Shown: in pieces, positions 26,741 to 40,299 of the stretch
Layout of the letters: the number at the start of each line of letters is the position of its first letter
Position numbering within the stretch: position 1 is the first letter of the stretch
Source of the DNA: Lama glama
Lineage: Eukaryota
Length of the DNA stretch: 64,000 nucleotides
Reading direction: 5' to 3'
Assembly (NCBI GenBank): GCA_028534125.1
Contig: CM052817.1
Location: 53,632,001 to 53,696,000, forward strand
Position numbers and translations under genes: made by a program
Notes under the pieces: model-generated
Seen by the model: the letters and a program-made list of their open reading frames with translations, nothing else
The model's database searches: none
What the model was told of the DNA's origin: nothing

Positions 26741-27590
26741 GAGCTCAAGGAGTTGAAGCCAATGCAAGAAAAGTTACGATGTTTGCCCAAGAAAGGTCTT
26801 GCCCTATCAGAAAAAGGTGTGAATTTAAATTTGTAAATTTAGTGTAAAGATGAGACTTGCTCAGTTAAGGTTTCTGCTACTTAAATGATTCTCAAAGGTC
26901 TTCAAATTCTCAAAATGTTTCTTCAAATAATTCCTAAAGAAATCTGACTCTCAATGAAAACAAAAACTAGAAACAAACATTAAAAAAAAACTAAAAACGA
27001 ACAAAAAACAAAAAAAATTGTTTTCCTCAACTATGGAATAGCAGATCAAATATGATATTCTACAGAGAAGTATTTAAATACATGGACTCTAATCTGCATT
27101 CTGTTTGGGAAGTTGTAGTCACATAAATGAACTTAGCATAACTTTGTTTTAAAGGACTAATGTTGCATTCAGAAAAACTACAGAAAAAAAGCCACACAAT
27201 ATACACCTCATATTATTTTAGGGTTTAATTTTTAAGACAGGCTTGATCAAATGAGTAATAGGGAAGATATCTCTGTTTACTTTTCCACATGTTGGGAAAT
27301 TATTAATTATACATGATTCTATATTCTTAACAAGGCTATATCCATTCAAATTTTCTCAATAAATATGCATTATTTAATTTCTATTTTCCAGGTTTTCTGC
27401 TTGGAACTGGATTTGGAAAAGTGAATAATAACCAGTACTAGCCTTCTATTAAGAGAAGATGGCTGAACAACCTGAAAGCTCAAAAGCTTCTTTAACCAAT
27501 TCAGTATTTTATAGTTATAATTATTATTATAATTCTTTTCTATGTGTTTAATATAGTTTGTTAAAAGCTATTATTAAGAAAAGCACAGAG

Positions 27591-28614
27591 AACTGACAAA
27601 GGCTTAATTTCCTGAGTATATAAACAGTTCATACAACTTAATAACAAAAACATGAACAACCCAATCCAAAAATGAGCAGAAGACCTAAACAAGCAATTCT
27701 CCAATGAAGACATACAAATGGCCAATAGGTACATGAAAAAATGCTCAGTATCACTAATTGTCAGAGAAATCCAAATTAAAACTACAATGAACTATCACCT
27801 CACACCAGTTAGAATGGCCATCATTCAAAAGTCCACAAACAATAAATGCTAGAGAGGGTGTGGAGAAAAGGGAACACTCCTGCTGGTGGGAATGTAGTTT
27901 GTTGCAGCCATTACGGAAAATAGTATGGAGATTCCTCAAAAAACTAAAAATAGTCTTACCATATGACCCAGCAACCCCACTCCTGGGCATATATCCAGAG
28001 AGAACTCTAATTCAAAAAGACACATGCACTCCAATGTTCATAGCAGCACTATTTACAATAACCAACACATGGAAGCATCTAAATATCCATCAACAGATGA
28101 CTGGATAAGGAAGCTGTGGTATATTTATACAATGAAATACTACTCAGCCATAAAAAATAATAAAATAATGCCATTTGCAGCAACATGGATGGACCTAGAG
28201 ATCGTCATTCTAAGTGAAATAAGCCAGAAAGAGGAAGAAAAATACCATATCATATCACTCATATGTGGAATCAAAAAAAAAAAAAAAAGGACGCTATGAA
28301 CTCATCTACAGAACATAAACAGACTCACAGATAATCTCATGGTTAGTAAACAATCTTATGGTTATCGGGAAAGGGAGTGGGAAGGGATGAATCTGGGAGT
28401 TTGAGGTTTACAAATTTTAGCCACTATATATAAAAATAGGTCTTTTAAAAAGTTTCTTCTGTATAGCACAGAGGACTATGTTCAATATCTTGTAATAACC
28501 TTTAATGAAAAAGTATATGAAAATGAATATATGTATGTATATGCATGACTGGGACATTGTGCTGTACACCAGAAATTGACACATTGTAACTGACTGTACT
28601 CCAATAAAAAAAGA
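27591..28614 (+). mobile_element. Relatively young 5'-truncated L1 (ORF2 3' end and 3'UTR) with perfect 15-bp TSD
   Basis: ORF2 C-terminal peptides ([45 protein letters not shown]); AATAAA plus A tail; TSD aagaaaagcacagag at 27576-27590 and 28615-28629. Confidence 0.97.
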
Positions 28615-29599
28615 AAGAAAAGCACAGAGGTGAAGGGAAGAGAAGCTTCTAAAGGAGGTGGTACAATAATTTAGTCATGAAGAAGGAGTAGACTAGTAGA
28701 GATTATACGTCTCATGCAGAAAGAATAGCATGCGTGAAGCCAGGGATGTAGGGGAAAAACATGGAACATTAAGGTAAGAATGAGCCAGGGAGACTGGATC
28801 CATACATGCATAGTGAAACTAGGCAATTATATCCTTTACCAAAATACTGACAATAGATGAATCAGAGATATGTTCGTAGATGCAACTGTACTTTTTTTAA
28901 AAAGGCATTCATTCCATTTGGCATTGTTTCTCCAAATTACATGGGGGAATTTAAAATAAAACATAAAAGTTTCCGTACCTGTGCCACATGTGTCTCAAGT
29001 CCCAATTCACAGATGTTACCATTGTTAGCATTTTGCCTGTCAAGTTTTATGACAGTGACATTACAGTAATTCTGATTAAGCCGTTCAAGCTTTGTCTACA
29101 GGATGTTTCTAAGATGAGGGAGTAGAAATAGAAAGGTGGATGTAGGGGACAGTGTACAGGATATGACTCATAATCTGCAAATATAGATGTAGAGGGTCAG
29201 ATTGATCAGCTGCTTTGTAAAGGGGAAAAGGGAGAGTAGATATTGCCTTAAGGTCATTCTGATTTCAGACATGGTTGGGTACAGGATTCCTGAGGGTTTC
29301 ACATTGACCAGATGTGCAGTATACATAAGTGAGAGGTATTTTAAATCCTTCCCAAGAGGACCACCTGGGAGGGTGCTATGAGCTTACAAGAAAGAGTATC
29401 TGTGGAGTAGACTGACCAAAAAGTGGACAGTTAGCCCCTAAAGAAAAATGCATTAACCATATCACAGATATATAGTCAAATTATTGAAAAAAAGAATCTT
29501 TAAAATATTTTCAAGGTTTCCTACAATAGAAAAAGTTAGTTTTAAACACACCACCAATCACAGAGTGCACAAAATCATTCTTCTAGCATATATTCAAGT

Positions 29600-30480
29600 T
29601 GTAATAATAATCATGTAATTGTGTAGCTAACATACATAGAGGGCTTAATACTTGCCAGATACTGTTCAAACATACACACACATACACGTGTATACATACT
29701 GAATTTCATCAATTTCGAGATGTCTACTTTCTCAAATTGCAACACTTCTGAAATCTAGATGCCTCTGATAATCAGTAGAGTTTTATGACTCATTCTTAAT
29801 TAGCCAGTGATGTCACAGTTGTCTTTGTCTGTCATACCATTCTTTGGTTGCTCCTGGGGCATATCTGGACAACTGCCCCTCTAAATACTTTAATCAAGGA
29901 ACTATTTAAGGATATTTTGAGGAAAAATACAATCTCTGATTGTTGTCTAAATAACCTTTTGTTGATATCTTCTGATAAGATTAAGAAGGCACCTTTATCA
30001 AAACTTGTAGGAAGGATGTCAGTCACTTGGAAGAAAATACCATAAACAGTAATGAAACATTCTTTTGAGAAATGCCCTGTCACTAGTGACATTCATGGCA
30101 CAGAGAGGAAGGCATGTAGAAAAACACAGACATCAATGACACTGAGTCAAAAAATGATTCAAAACCTGTTAGACTGAATGTGAAGAAGTTTTAGAATGTA
30201 TCAATAAATTTGTCACTTAGAGCTTCCTTTGTTATGTAAATGGAATGGTAAAAAACTATGCATAAATAAAAGGAATTCTTTCAATAATTAAAAAACAGAT
30301 AGTATGAGTAGTTTTAAAAGTATTATGTCATAGTTTATTAGCAACTTCTGTTTTTCCGTTTTTAGTGGTACATAAAATAAATGTGGTTTACAATCATTAG
30401 TCTTAGATTCTATTAAATATGGTTTATTAGTTCATTTCTCACAACAATCTTATGAAATAAATAATATTTCCCCATTATCT
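29600..30480 (-). mobile_element. MIR split by a DNA transposon (pieces about 29600-29675 and 30423-30480)
   Basis: tagctaacatacatagagggcttaatacttgccagatactgttc continues after the insertion as ttcatttctcacaacaatcttatgaaata..ccccatt. Confidence 0.6.
29699..30422 (+). mobile_element. TcMar-Tc2 DNA transposon deletion derivative (Kanga1-like) with DDE transposase remnant
   Basis: Degenerate TIRs ctgaatttcatcaatttcgaga / tcttagattctattaaatatgg after a TA site; ORF 29848-30045 (PLNTLIKELFKDILRK..KIKKAPLSKL..TWKKIP) resembles the pogo/Tc2 DDE C-terminus. Confidence 0.8.
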
Positions 30481-31861
30481 TTCATCTCAAACCTTTGAAA
30501 AGTGAGAAAGAGAAGTTTATTAGAAGAGAAAGAGGTGAGAGAGAAAGAGAAAAGAATCAAAATAACCCCTTCTCTACAAGAAGACAGCCCCCTCACAGAC
30601 GCTGAGGGATCCGGGAAAAGTCTTATTTTTGAACAAATATTGAAGAGTCAATTAATACATTGAACCAGAGACTTGAAGGCATGAATCCAGATTATTTAGA
30701 AGAACCAAAATATTTTTCTGTCAACAAAGAGTGAATAGAAAAGTCATGAGTTTTTATCAAAAAGTAAGGGCAATCTATTCTGCCTGACCAGTAGAATAAA
30801 AAGGACAGGGGAAGACAAAAATAAAGTTGCTTTTATGATTATACCCTGCGAATTTTTCTTGTTTACTGTACCGTGTACCCACTACACATGGAATCAATCA
30901 GTGAATTTGCATGGATTTCTTCTGTACATAGGTGATGATGAGCTAGAGATAGAGACGATAGAGATGATAAAGATAGATGGACAGAGAGAGAGACTGATTT
31001 TTCCCCCTCAATGACCACAGTCCTTGAATGGGGAACACTAACTGGTGGGTTTAGGTTACTGGGCTGGGACTACTGACAATTTTACCAATAGGGTATATGG
31101 GTAAAGAAACACTAGGTAGGAAACTGGAAACTCCCCTTCCTCCCAACAACTTTTACAAATTAAGGAGGGTATACAGTTGTGGGTTTTTTTGTTTCGTCTT
31201 TTGGGAGGGTGGTAGTGGTAGAGGAGTCTTTTTTCCAGCATCTGTTGTTCAAGTCTGTTTACCTCGAATTCCACTGTGCTTCTCTTTCAGGGCCCAATAA
31301 TTTCACACCTGAGGCCAATTATAAGCTCCTCCTAGAACAGTTCCCTGGCTTGAGCCTAAGGGGAAAGTTATTACTGCCAGCCTATTTATTTACATGAGAA
31401 AGAGGCAGTTCTTTAATCAATCACTGTGCTGATTCCTCCCTGGCCCACTCCCACTGGTACTTTGACTTTGACCTTGGAATTTTTAGAGAAGATCTATGCT
31501 TCTGTCTAGTGCTTAGGGCCACAATTTTCTTTTCTCCTTCAATCTTATCACTTTTCTATCTTCCAGGAATCCCTTTAACCCTTTGTTGTTCTGGAAGAAA
31601 TGTTTCCTGATTTTTAATGACAATATTGCATCTTTGTTGTTTTTGTTAAGGTTTTTCTGTAATTTCAGTAGAATCCTCAGAGGAGAGGAAATAGTTCCCT
31701 GAGCTTAGTATTCAGAGAGACTCCTTTAAATGGTTGAATTCAGCCAGAGAGATGATTTTCAAAACACTGCAGTAATTCATAATATATTAACTGGATCTAT
31801 GACATGATTTGAATGGTTATTTTCTAGATTCAGCTTAAATCATTCAAATATTTTAGAATTA

Positions 31862-32178
31862 TTCTTAGTTCCTGAGAATCCCAGCCCCTTCCCCAAGTTG
31901 TTGCAATAATTCTCCCACTTGTTAGCATATGAAATAGCTGAGCTCATAAAAACTAATATCGCCACACCTCGTGGCCTTTTCTTTTGCCTTTTGAGATGGC
32001 CCACACTCTGTCTATGGAGTGTGAATCTCTCTGAATAAATCTACTTTTACTCAACTATGCTCACTCTTGAATTCTTTCCTATAAGAAGCCAAGGACCCTC
32101 ACTTAATGAGGCACATCCCAGGGACTCCCCGGGACCTGAGACGTGGCCATCCTTTTGTACCGCAACTTTCCTATATCA
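31862..32178 (+). mobile_element. ERV1-type LTR, 3' part
   Basis: cataaaaact, gatggcccacactctgtctatggagtgtg..aataaatctacttt..cttgaattctttcct..gaagccaaggaccctc, ends atca. Confidence 0.8.
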
Positions 32179-32227
32179 ATATGACTCATTGTGTTTTCCT
32201 GTCTCTTGAAAAAGACTAATCACATGA

Positions 32228-32448
32228 AGTAGTTGTGGCACAGTGGAATGAATAATGAGCCAAAAGTCAGAAGATCTCAAGTTCACAACAATTCAAACTC
32301 TCAGTCAGTCATTATACCTCTAAGACTCTCTTTTCCTATAAAATGACAATAATAAGAAATTTCACAGGGAGTTGTTTAGGATCATATGTGTATTAAAACA
32401 AATGGAGAGAGCATTATAAAATTTATATAAAGCTTGGTTGTTATTATT
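32228..32448 (+). mobile_element. MIR SINE
   Basis: gtggcacagtggaatg..agtcagaagatct..ctataaaatgacaataata..cacagggagttgtttaggatca..ttattatt. Confidence 0.75.
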
Positions 32449-34814
32449 AACTGGAAAACATTATCTTTTATAGTCAGAGATGACATCATCTAGCCATCAG
32501 ATTAATTATATGTAAATTACAAACATGAAAAAATAATATTTCATCTTTCCCAATCTGAACATAACAGGACACAATTCAAAATATGTATTCACCATCTTAG
32601 GAAAAAAAATATCAGCCATTTTCTGAAATTGATGGTCATACTTCCTTAGTCATAAACTAAGTAGAAAAGATATATACAGGTCAGATGTAGCAGGCTAGTA
32701 AAAAAAAAGTAAAAAATTATAAATAAATCCTGACCAGACCAAGGATTTGTTTTCACTAGAAGAGTCTTTCAAGCACTGAAAAGTGAACTTGTTCATAAGT
32801 TCAGAAGTTCAGTTCAGCTAAGCATTCCCCAAATTTGGCAGTTGATCCAAATGTTTTTTGAACCTTTAGAGCACATATAATTAGACTGAAAATCTTATTA
32901 AAACAGGATCACTGTCTGGTACTATTTCCACAAGTTTTGCCTCTTGATATAGCCATAACAGAGGACTAGAAACATATGTAAAAGTAATTGATGAAAATTA
33001 CCCACATTTTTCTGAAATATAGGACAAGACTAAAGTTGGATCAGGCTCATGTACAAAGTTCAAGTTGTTTGTTAAATGTGTTCCCATGTGGCAGTTTAAG
33101 GGGGTAAAAAGTGAATGGTTCAGGTGATAGTTTTCCCCTAATTGTAAAAATAGCCAAATTAAGAAAGCCACGAATTTCTTCACATACAGGAAAACAAGAA
33201 TTGTCATTCTCCATGTAAAATACTGAAGAGTATTTTATATGTATAAATATTTTTCCCAATCTATATGTATGTGAGGAGTATTAGTCTTCTTATAGGCTGA
33301 TGGAGATCTGCTTGGTCAAAAATTATAAAATTGTTGAAAATAGAAATTGCACTATTTTTTAAGAGTCATCAGCTAATTTGATTCTTATTTCCATTCAACT
33401 GAAAACAATGTTCTTGCAAATGTAGGCTCTAAATTTAATTTCCTCCTCTACCCAAATAGTGTTCTCTACAGCATAAAACATGTTACTACCAGTAATTTCA
33501 TTTTAAAACACCTACAAGAATAATACAACCTTCAAAAACCTGAAAAAGTGCTCCCAATCCCTATGTGAACTCTGTGAACTCTATCATTGCCTCATTTTCT
33601 CAAGGAAAAAGAAAGAACAAATAACATTTTTTTGATAGCCACTCTGTTTCAGGTTTTGTCTTCTCATATTATTTCATTCATCATCAGTTTCTTCTCCCTT
33701 TTATTTATTCTAACACCCTTGTTACTGAGATCTTGAGGTTGCATGCTTCCTTGAAATCTAAAAAGTCTCAGGGTCTAAAATTTCTTATTAATTTTTTTAT
33801 TTTCCATAAAAGAATATAAGTATATATTTATTAGCTTTTATTTCAAAGATATTTCCTCACAAGCCAAGTTTTCAAAGTACCATCCTGGATATTTTGATTA
33901 CCACCTAATTCAGTAATACTTAATTGAGTTGGAAACTAAAAACAGAATCCTGGAATGCAGATTCACAAGGTGCTCCCAACAGGAAGAAATAAAATCTGCA
34001 CTCTGTTACTTCAGCATCTTAAGCAGGCAGGTGGCAAATACTATCTGACTCTGAAACAACTTGCTTTTAAATCATTTTACACAACTCAGTCAAAATGTGA
34101 CATATCTACAATAAATTTTAAGTTTAGTACTTTTCTTTCTTTCTTTCTTTTTTTTTTTTGAAGGCAAAAACCAATGAAAGAAGAAATCCAGACTAGTTTT
34201 TCCAAAATCATGTACAACAACAAAACACCCAAAGTAATCATGGAACACAAAGAGAAATAACCTCACTCCATGTAGTCATAACGCAGAAAGCACACTTTAC
34301 CTAGGAGACCACCAGCGTGCTTTTAGAAATCCACCTGGGTATGTTCTCAAGGCATATTTTAAATGGGCATTTGGCCCACAATTTATATGTAGTACAAATT
34401 CTACTCCATTTAATAATTCCTCAGTGTTATTCCAACTGTCAAAGTAGTTCACATTTTGTTTATATTCATTAAGTTCACTTAAGAATAGGCAATTATCTGG
34501 ATATTGTTATTCTTTGACTCAGCATCACAGAAATTCTTAGATACACAGTTGGCTGTCCCTCTCTTAACATTAACAAAAAGGACTCTAAAATTTGAGATAG
34601 TGGATATAGAGCCAGTATTGGCTCTTAAGAGAATATGAGAATGTCTCATCCTGGAGGTACGTTTTCACTCATATCAATACCAAAAATAAAGAAATGGCCT
34701 AAGAGCCAAATGCCATTTCAACTTTCCATCAAGCCTAAGAGTCTCCTTTACATCATTGCTAAATAATTCTTTAAATCACGCATCAAATGCTATATTCAAG
34801 GCCCTGCTCCAAAA

Positions 34815-35313
34815 TGTAACTGGGTAGGACCCTATTGGGCCTTCCCGGGACAGACCCTTCCCCTCTGTCCTTTGCTTTAGTTCCTCTCTGAAGTACCTAG
34901 ATGACAGTATCTGCTGCCTATTTCCTGAGTTGTTTTACAGATGGGAAAACCCCCACCAAATGGAAGATGTTAATGACTTGAGGATTGTGAGCTCACAGCC
35001 CGCAAGCCAACTGGAGCCTGAGGACTGATGATGTTAACCCCTGTGACACTGCCCTGTTACCTCACCAGCAACCAATCAGCAAATCGTGCACCAGCTGATC
35101 ACACACCTGGCGACTCCCCTCCCTCAAATTGCCTTTAAAATTGCTTTCCTGAAACCCATCAAGGAGTTGCGGTTTTTTGAGCACTAGTGTCCCAGACTCC
35201 TTGCAGAGTGCCCTACAATAAACGCTGCACTTTCCTTCAGCACAACTGGGTGTCAGTAGATTGGGTTGACTGCGTGCAAGCTAGAGGATCCATGCACGTT
35301 TGGTTTGATAACC
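34815..35313 (+). mobile_element. ERV1 solo LTR (MER41/MER4-group-like), essentially full length
   Basis: Starts tgtaac, ends ..gataac; CCAAT at 35072, TATA-like tttaaaa at 35134, AATAAA at 35217; GC-richer than the flanks. Confidence 0.85.
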
Positions 35314-37721
35314 AAGAGACTCTGAGTTTCAGTTATTTACTGTAAACAATGATTTAAACAATCATCTCACTTTAAAACTTGCTCAGTAATTTTAACTATG
35401 TTTTCAAAAGAAAACTTTAATATATCCTTAACTATTGAACCCAGTCTCTGGGGAAGGCAGATAATTCTTGCCCATCTTCATTTCGAAAACTTCCTTCATA
35501 TTGAATTTAGCTACAAAAAGTTAAAAACTTGCTGAGAAATTGTATAACAAAAATGATGTTTTCTTTTTCTATCTTGATTACTGATATCTTCTTTGCAAAA
35601 TCCTCCGAAATCCTACTGGAGTACAGGTCTTAAAATTGACACCTGTCAGAGAAAGCCTGCCCCACCAATTAACAGCAAATCTTTTCTGCTGCTAAATCCT
35701 GGCAGCAGACCTGTATTTCTGTAGAAGAGAGCCTCCAGAAATCTCATGAATTGCTATTTCCTCAGAGGGCAAGAGAAATGAACCTCTATATTAGCAGAAA
35801 GACAATATTAAACAGCTGTTCACAAGTCTCTCTCCAAAAGCACTTGATTTCTATAATAAACAGAATTAAATTGCGTCCATTTCTGGTCCTAAACAACAGG
35901 GCTGGGCTTTAAAATGTAGACTAAGCATATAAACTGCCACTGTAAAATCCAGCCTCTATCATAAATAGGGTAGTCTAGGGAAATTCCAGATTGAACTTGT
36001 AAGCCAAATCTTATTAACCAACTGCTTTAAAAGGACATAGGCAAGTTTTGTTTTAATTATTTTTTTTTTATTCCTGGAAACCAAATTAAAAAAAGACCTT
36101 TTGTTTGAAAGAACAATAGAGTTTTTCTGTCTTTTTTTTTTTTTCGCCTTTCTAATTTGGAATGAAGATAAAATTAAAATTGCCATTCTTGTTTAAATGC
36201 CAACACATGCCATTTGTGCCAAAATGGCTTTATTCTGTGTATGAGCCCCATCAGTTAAAATTCACAAGTAGAAGGGACTAGGAGATTTAATGCTTTGCTT
36301 GTTGAGCAGCCAGTGAACAGAGTAGAGAATTTCTTTTCTTTCATGTGTAATCCTTGCTGATGACAGGAGTATACACAAACTCTGATGACAAAAACTGGAT
36401 TGTTTCCAGTCTCCTTAGGCCTCCTCCAAACCTTTCCAGGCTTAGTTGTTATTCTGCTCTGTGTGCCCTAAAGACATGAGAACTGGGCTCTTGGATCCAT
36501 CCACCTAGAACAGGATTCCTTTGGTCTATTTAAGTACTGCCTCTTTAAATGCTTGAATAAAAGAAAGCACTAGAAACCAAAGGCAATAAATGGAGAAAGC
36601 CCAGAAGAAATATTTCAATGGCAAGAGGCCTGAAAGCAGACATTTTGGAAGGCCTCTTTATTGTTTGGAGTTTTTTTTCTTCTTTAATTGTGAATAAATT
36701 CCACCCTAAACTGCAAGAGAAATACAATAGCACCTTAAGCTTATAAACCTGCACAGACTTGTGCCTCTCAGATTCCTAACTCAGGTGTGAGAGCCTAGTA
36801 AAGGCTAAAGAAGAACATCCTGAATGAGAACCTGGCCATTCAGAGACAAGCACCACCCTGGAAATGGCCTGTTTATTAGCATGGGCCATCCGAACAAATA
36901 AAAAGATTGTCCTTGACATAATCTAGTTGCTTACTTAAAAACCAATTATTTTAGATGCTCCTTAATTCACTCAAAATGTGTTCAGTTTAGTTACTGAGTA
37001 ACTGGGCTTGATTAGCAATAAGAAATCATAGTAAGCCTTTACCAGGGTATTTTTTTAAGTATGAATTTATTTTCATAAAATGTATATGCATGATTGGAAT
37101 ACCAAAAAAAAAAAAAAACCAGAAACCCAATCAGTAAGTGCTGGGATGTTCCAAATCACTGAGCAAAGAATAAAAATATTAGCTTCAAACTATTAAAAAT
37201 TATTTTAAGTAAGAAATAATGTTCTAAAAGTTACACATGTGCAATACCCTTTCATATTGTTTAGTGAAATTGTGAATTTTCTCTTGCTGTTGGATTTGTA
37301 TGAGTAGAAATACCTTGAAATTAAAAAAAAGAATACTGTGATACTATTTCAAAAGTTCAGTTGTGTGATACTGCGATTCTCATAATCTATTCTTTCTATA
37401 ATAAAGGTACTTGGAAAATGGATAATTTATTTCATCAAATAAATATAAAAATGAAAGACAGTCTGAAAATTTACATACTAGAAGTTCTAAAAACAAATAT
37501 TCAAATTGAATTACTTCCGTGACATATACACACACAAAAATGTATATCAATTATTCATCGAGATTATTTGTCTTTTGAGTTCCACTGTGCTTAGGAAGCA
37601 TATTATAAATAAATAGACACATATGGGGAAAATGTGTATTATGTATGTGTCTAAATGTACGTCCATACATGTACACACACACACACAACATACACATTCA
37701 GGAGCCATTCATTTATATGTA

Positions 37722-38207
37722 TCTTTCAGTCAAGATCACAAACAATAGAACTCATTTTAGCAGGTTAGGTAAAAAAATGAGTTTATTAACAAGTGGCCCC
37801 CAGATTCTCTGAAATCATGCTTGGAAGCTACAGAGCCAGAGACATTTTTCAGGAAGAAACTAGAAGCTGATTGTGGACACAGCCATTATGGTCTCTGTTA
37901 CTTATGCTCTAAAAATAATAAATAAGTAAGATGAAATCTAAAATCTCTCCACCAGGCTCTGCCACAAGTGCCAGAGTGGTCGTATGAGGACCTCCTTCCT
38001 CATGTCACTCTCTTCCAAACAGAATTCTTAAGTGGTGTGTCTAATTGGTAGCACTTAGATCACATATCTGTACTTTAGCTCTAAGAGAATCTGGGGAAGG
38101 GGACTTCCATCTTGGAATGTTGGGATTCATAACATTGGGAATTCAACAACAGAGGAGGAGGGTTCAAAACATACTGATGGCCACAATAGATGACAAATAT
38201 CTCTTAC
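37722..38207 (-). mobile_element. ERVL LTR (LTR33/LTR16-like), 3' LTR of a decayed provirus
   Basis: Minus strand reads gatatttgtcatc..tttgaaccctcctcct..gaattccc..cccttccccagattctcttagagct..ccaattagac; similar to 40300-40500. Confidence 0.65.
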
Positions 38208-38599
38208 TATCATTTCTTTGTATCCCAACCTCATCATATATTTTCCTTCCATATTTAAATTTCCAATAAGAAAACATCCCAGGCTAACATATTGCAACTA
38301 TTATTAACACAAATGAAAATACAGTGCCTTCACTCCAAACAAGTGGCAAATCCAAAGCTTTATAAGGTTTCTACCTCCAATTCGAAGGTATCTAGATGAT
38401 AGTCATTATTCTTCTAAGGCTATTATAATTCTGGCTTTGTGTTCTCTTATTTACTAAACTGTAAAATAAAATAATAGCAGAATTAGAAAGAGAAGAATAT
38501 TTTAAAATATGTAAATATATGTAAGACACTGCAGGGAATATGAGTAGATACTATATTCCTTATTTCTAGAATGGTTCATTATGTCATTTTGATTTTCTT

Positions 38600-40200
38600 T
38601 CTCTACAATGTATTCTAGGCTTCTTTTTCCTTCGACCAATTCCTCAACTGTTCAGGGCTCTTACTTGGCATGGTATACCACAGTTTATTCCTTAGAAACA
38701 GAGGCCTTGGTGGTCCTTCCTGTGTGTACCTACCTGTGGTAGTCTTCTATTCACTTTACCACCAGTTATAATAGCACTGTGAAGACCAGGATATCCCTTA
38801 TATTTTAAATATTAATTCCTGGACCCATTATGTAGTCCCCTATTATCTTTGATAATCAGAGTCAATCATGCTAGCCACAACGTAACTCTCATTCTTCTTG
38901 GCCTGTTCATAAGAAGTTTGTAATAGTCATGAAGCAGTCTCAGGTCCCAGTTTTATGGGAATACAGTTGTGTGCCAGTGTGGGAGCCATCTTCTCCTGGA
39001 TACTATGACTATCAAACCAACAAAGCCAAAAATCATGGGCCATGAACTATAATTTTGTCAACAGGTCAGAAGATGTAAGAGTGAAAGGTTACATTCTGAC
39101 CCCCAATCTCTTGGTTCCCAGATCTTTGAAAGAAAAAGCACTGTATATTACTGAGTGGTATATAACGTGCCACATTCTGCAAGATGTCATTCGAGCTTCA
39201 TAAGATTGGTGCCATAATGTGTCTTTGATAATCTTATACACAACAAGATCAGCAACTTTTGGGTGACAGAGGATGTAGCTAACCCTCTAAATCCAGTGAG
39301 TATACATCTGTGCCTTAATTCTGTCCCTGTAAATTTTGTTCCAGCATCAGAGGCACTGGTACATGGCTATCATAATAGAAGACAAGGCATTCTGTTAGTC
39401 CACAGACATTATTCATGAAAAAGAGAAAAGGTAAACCTAAATATCCAAATACAAAATAGTAGTTTATTCTAGTAAGACAGATCATTGTCCAGTTCATGGT
39501 AAGTTATCTAAACCTTCCTGGCTAGTTCATACTCTCCCCCTGGTATGGCTGGATGAAGGCTTTGCCCTCTGAGGTTCTACCATTGGGAAACTGGAAACTA
39601 ATATAATCAGTAACTAGTCAGAGTGTGTTAAAGGAAGGACATGTTGATTCAATGCATATCCTCCTCACTGAAAACATGAATGAACCCATTCAGTGTTGGC
39701 ATGGCTACTGACATTTTTATTAGCTGGGTCATCCTTTGACTCTAAATATTAATAATCTTCACAGTGAGAACCTTCAGCTTCTCACTCACATGGGAAAAAA
39801 ATAATCTCACACTCTAGGTGTATTTTGTTTTCTATCTAAATACTTCTTCCTCAAAGTGCCTTGCCAGCAGTTCTCCATTTCTTTCAAGTCCATGCCAATC
39901 CAGCCTAACTATTAATCAGTGTATATGAATGGGTGTGAAAGATACCTAATGTCTTTTTTCCTTCTAAGACAAATGGAATATGAGAGGTATAGCCCAAAAT
40001 TCTGCCCATCAGGATATTAATTCTTCCCCCACTGTCTATTAGAAATATCCCTGAGTACTATTCTAATAATGCAGAGGTCCACATTTCTGATATACCATAC
40101 AGGATGGTCTACAAACCAATCAAGCTCAATTTTTTTCCTCCTCTGTTAATAAGTCATCGGGAATTTCTCATGAAATCATAGGTATGAATTAAAGGAATGG
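38600..40200 (-). mobile_element. Degraded ERV-L internal pol region: RNaseH, integrase and dUTPase remnants
   Basis: Minus-strand peptides PDDLLTEEEK (about 40132-40161) and WAEF (39997-40008) for RNaseH, YILCHPKVADLV (39242-39277) for integrase and MIDSDYQ (38849-38869) for dUTPase, in ERV-L order. Confidence 0.8.
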
Positions 40201-40299
40201 ATGAATTCACATGATGATGGAGAGTTACTGGATATGTCTAAAGGTATGGCTTAGAACACCAAGTAACAGCCAACACATATGGTAGCTCCTCTTCCAAAT

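Noticed and set aside
27754..28299. ORFs as host genes (also 13824-14006 and 50220-50814)
   Set aside because: They are sense or antisense translations of truncated L1 ORF2.
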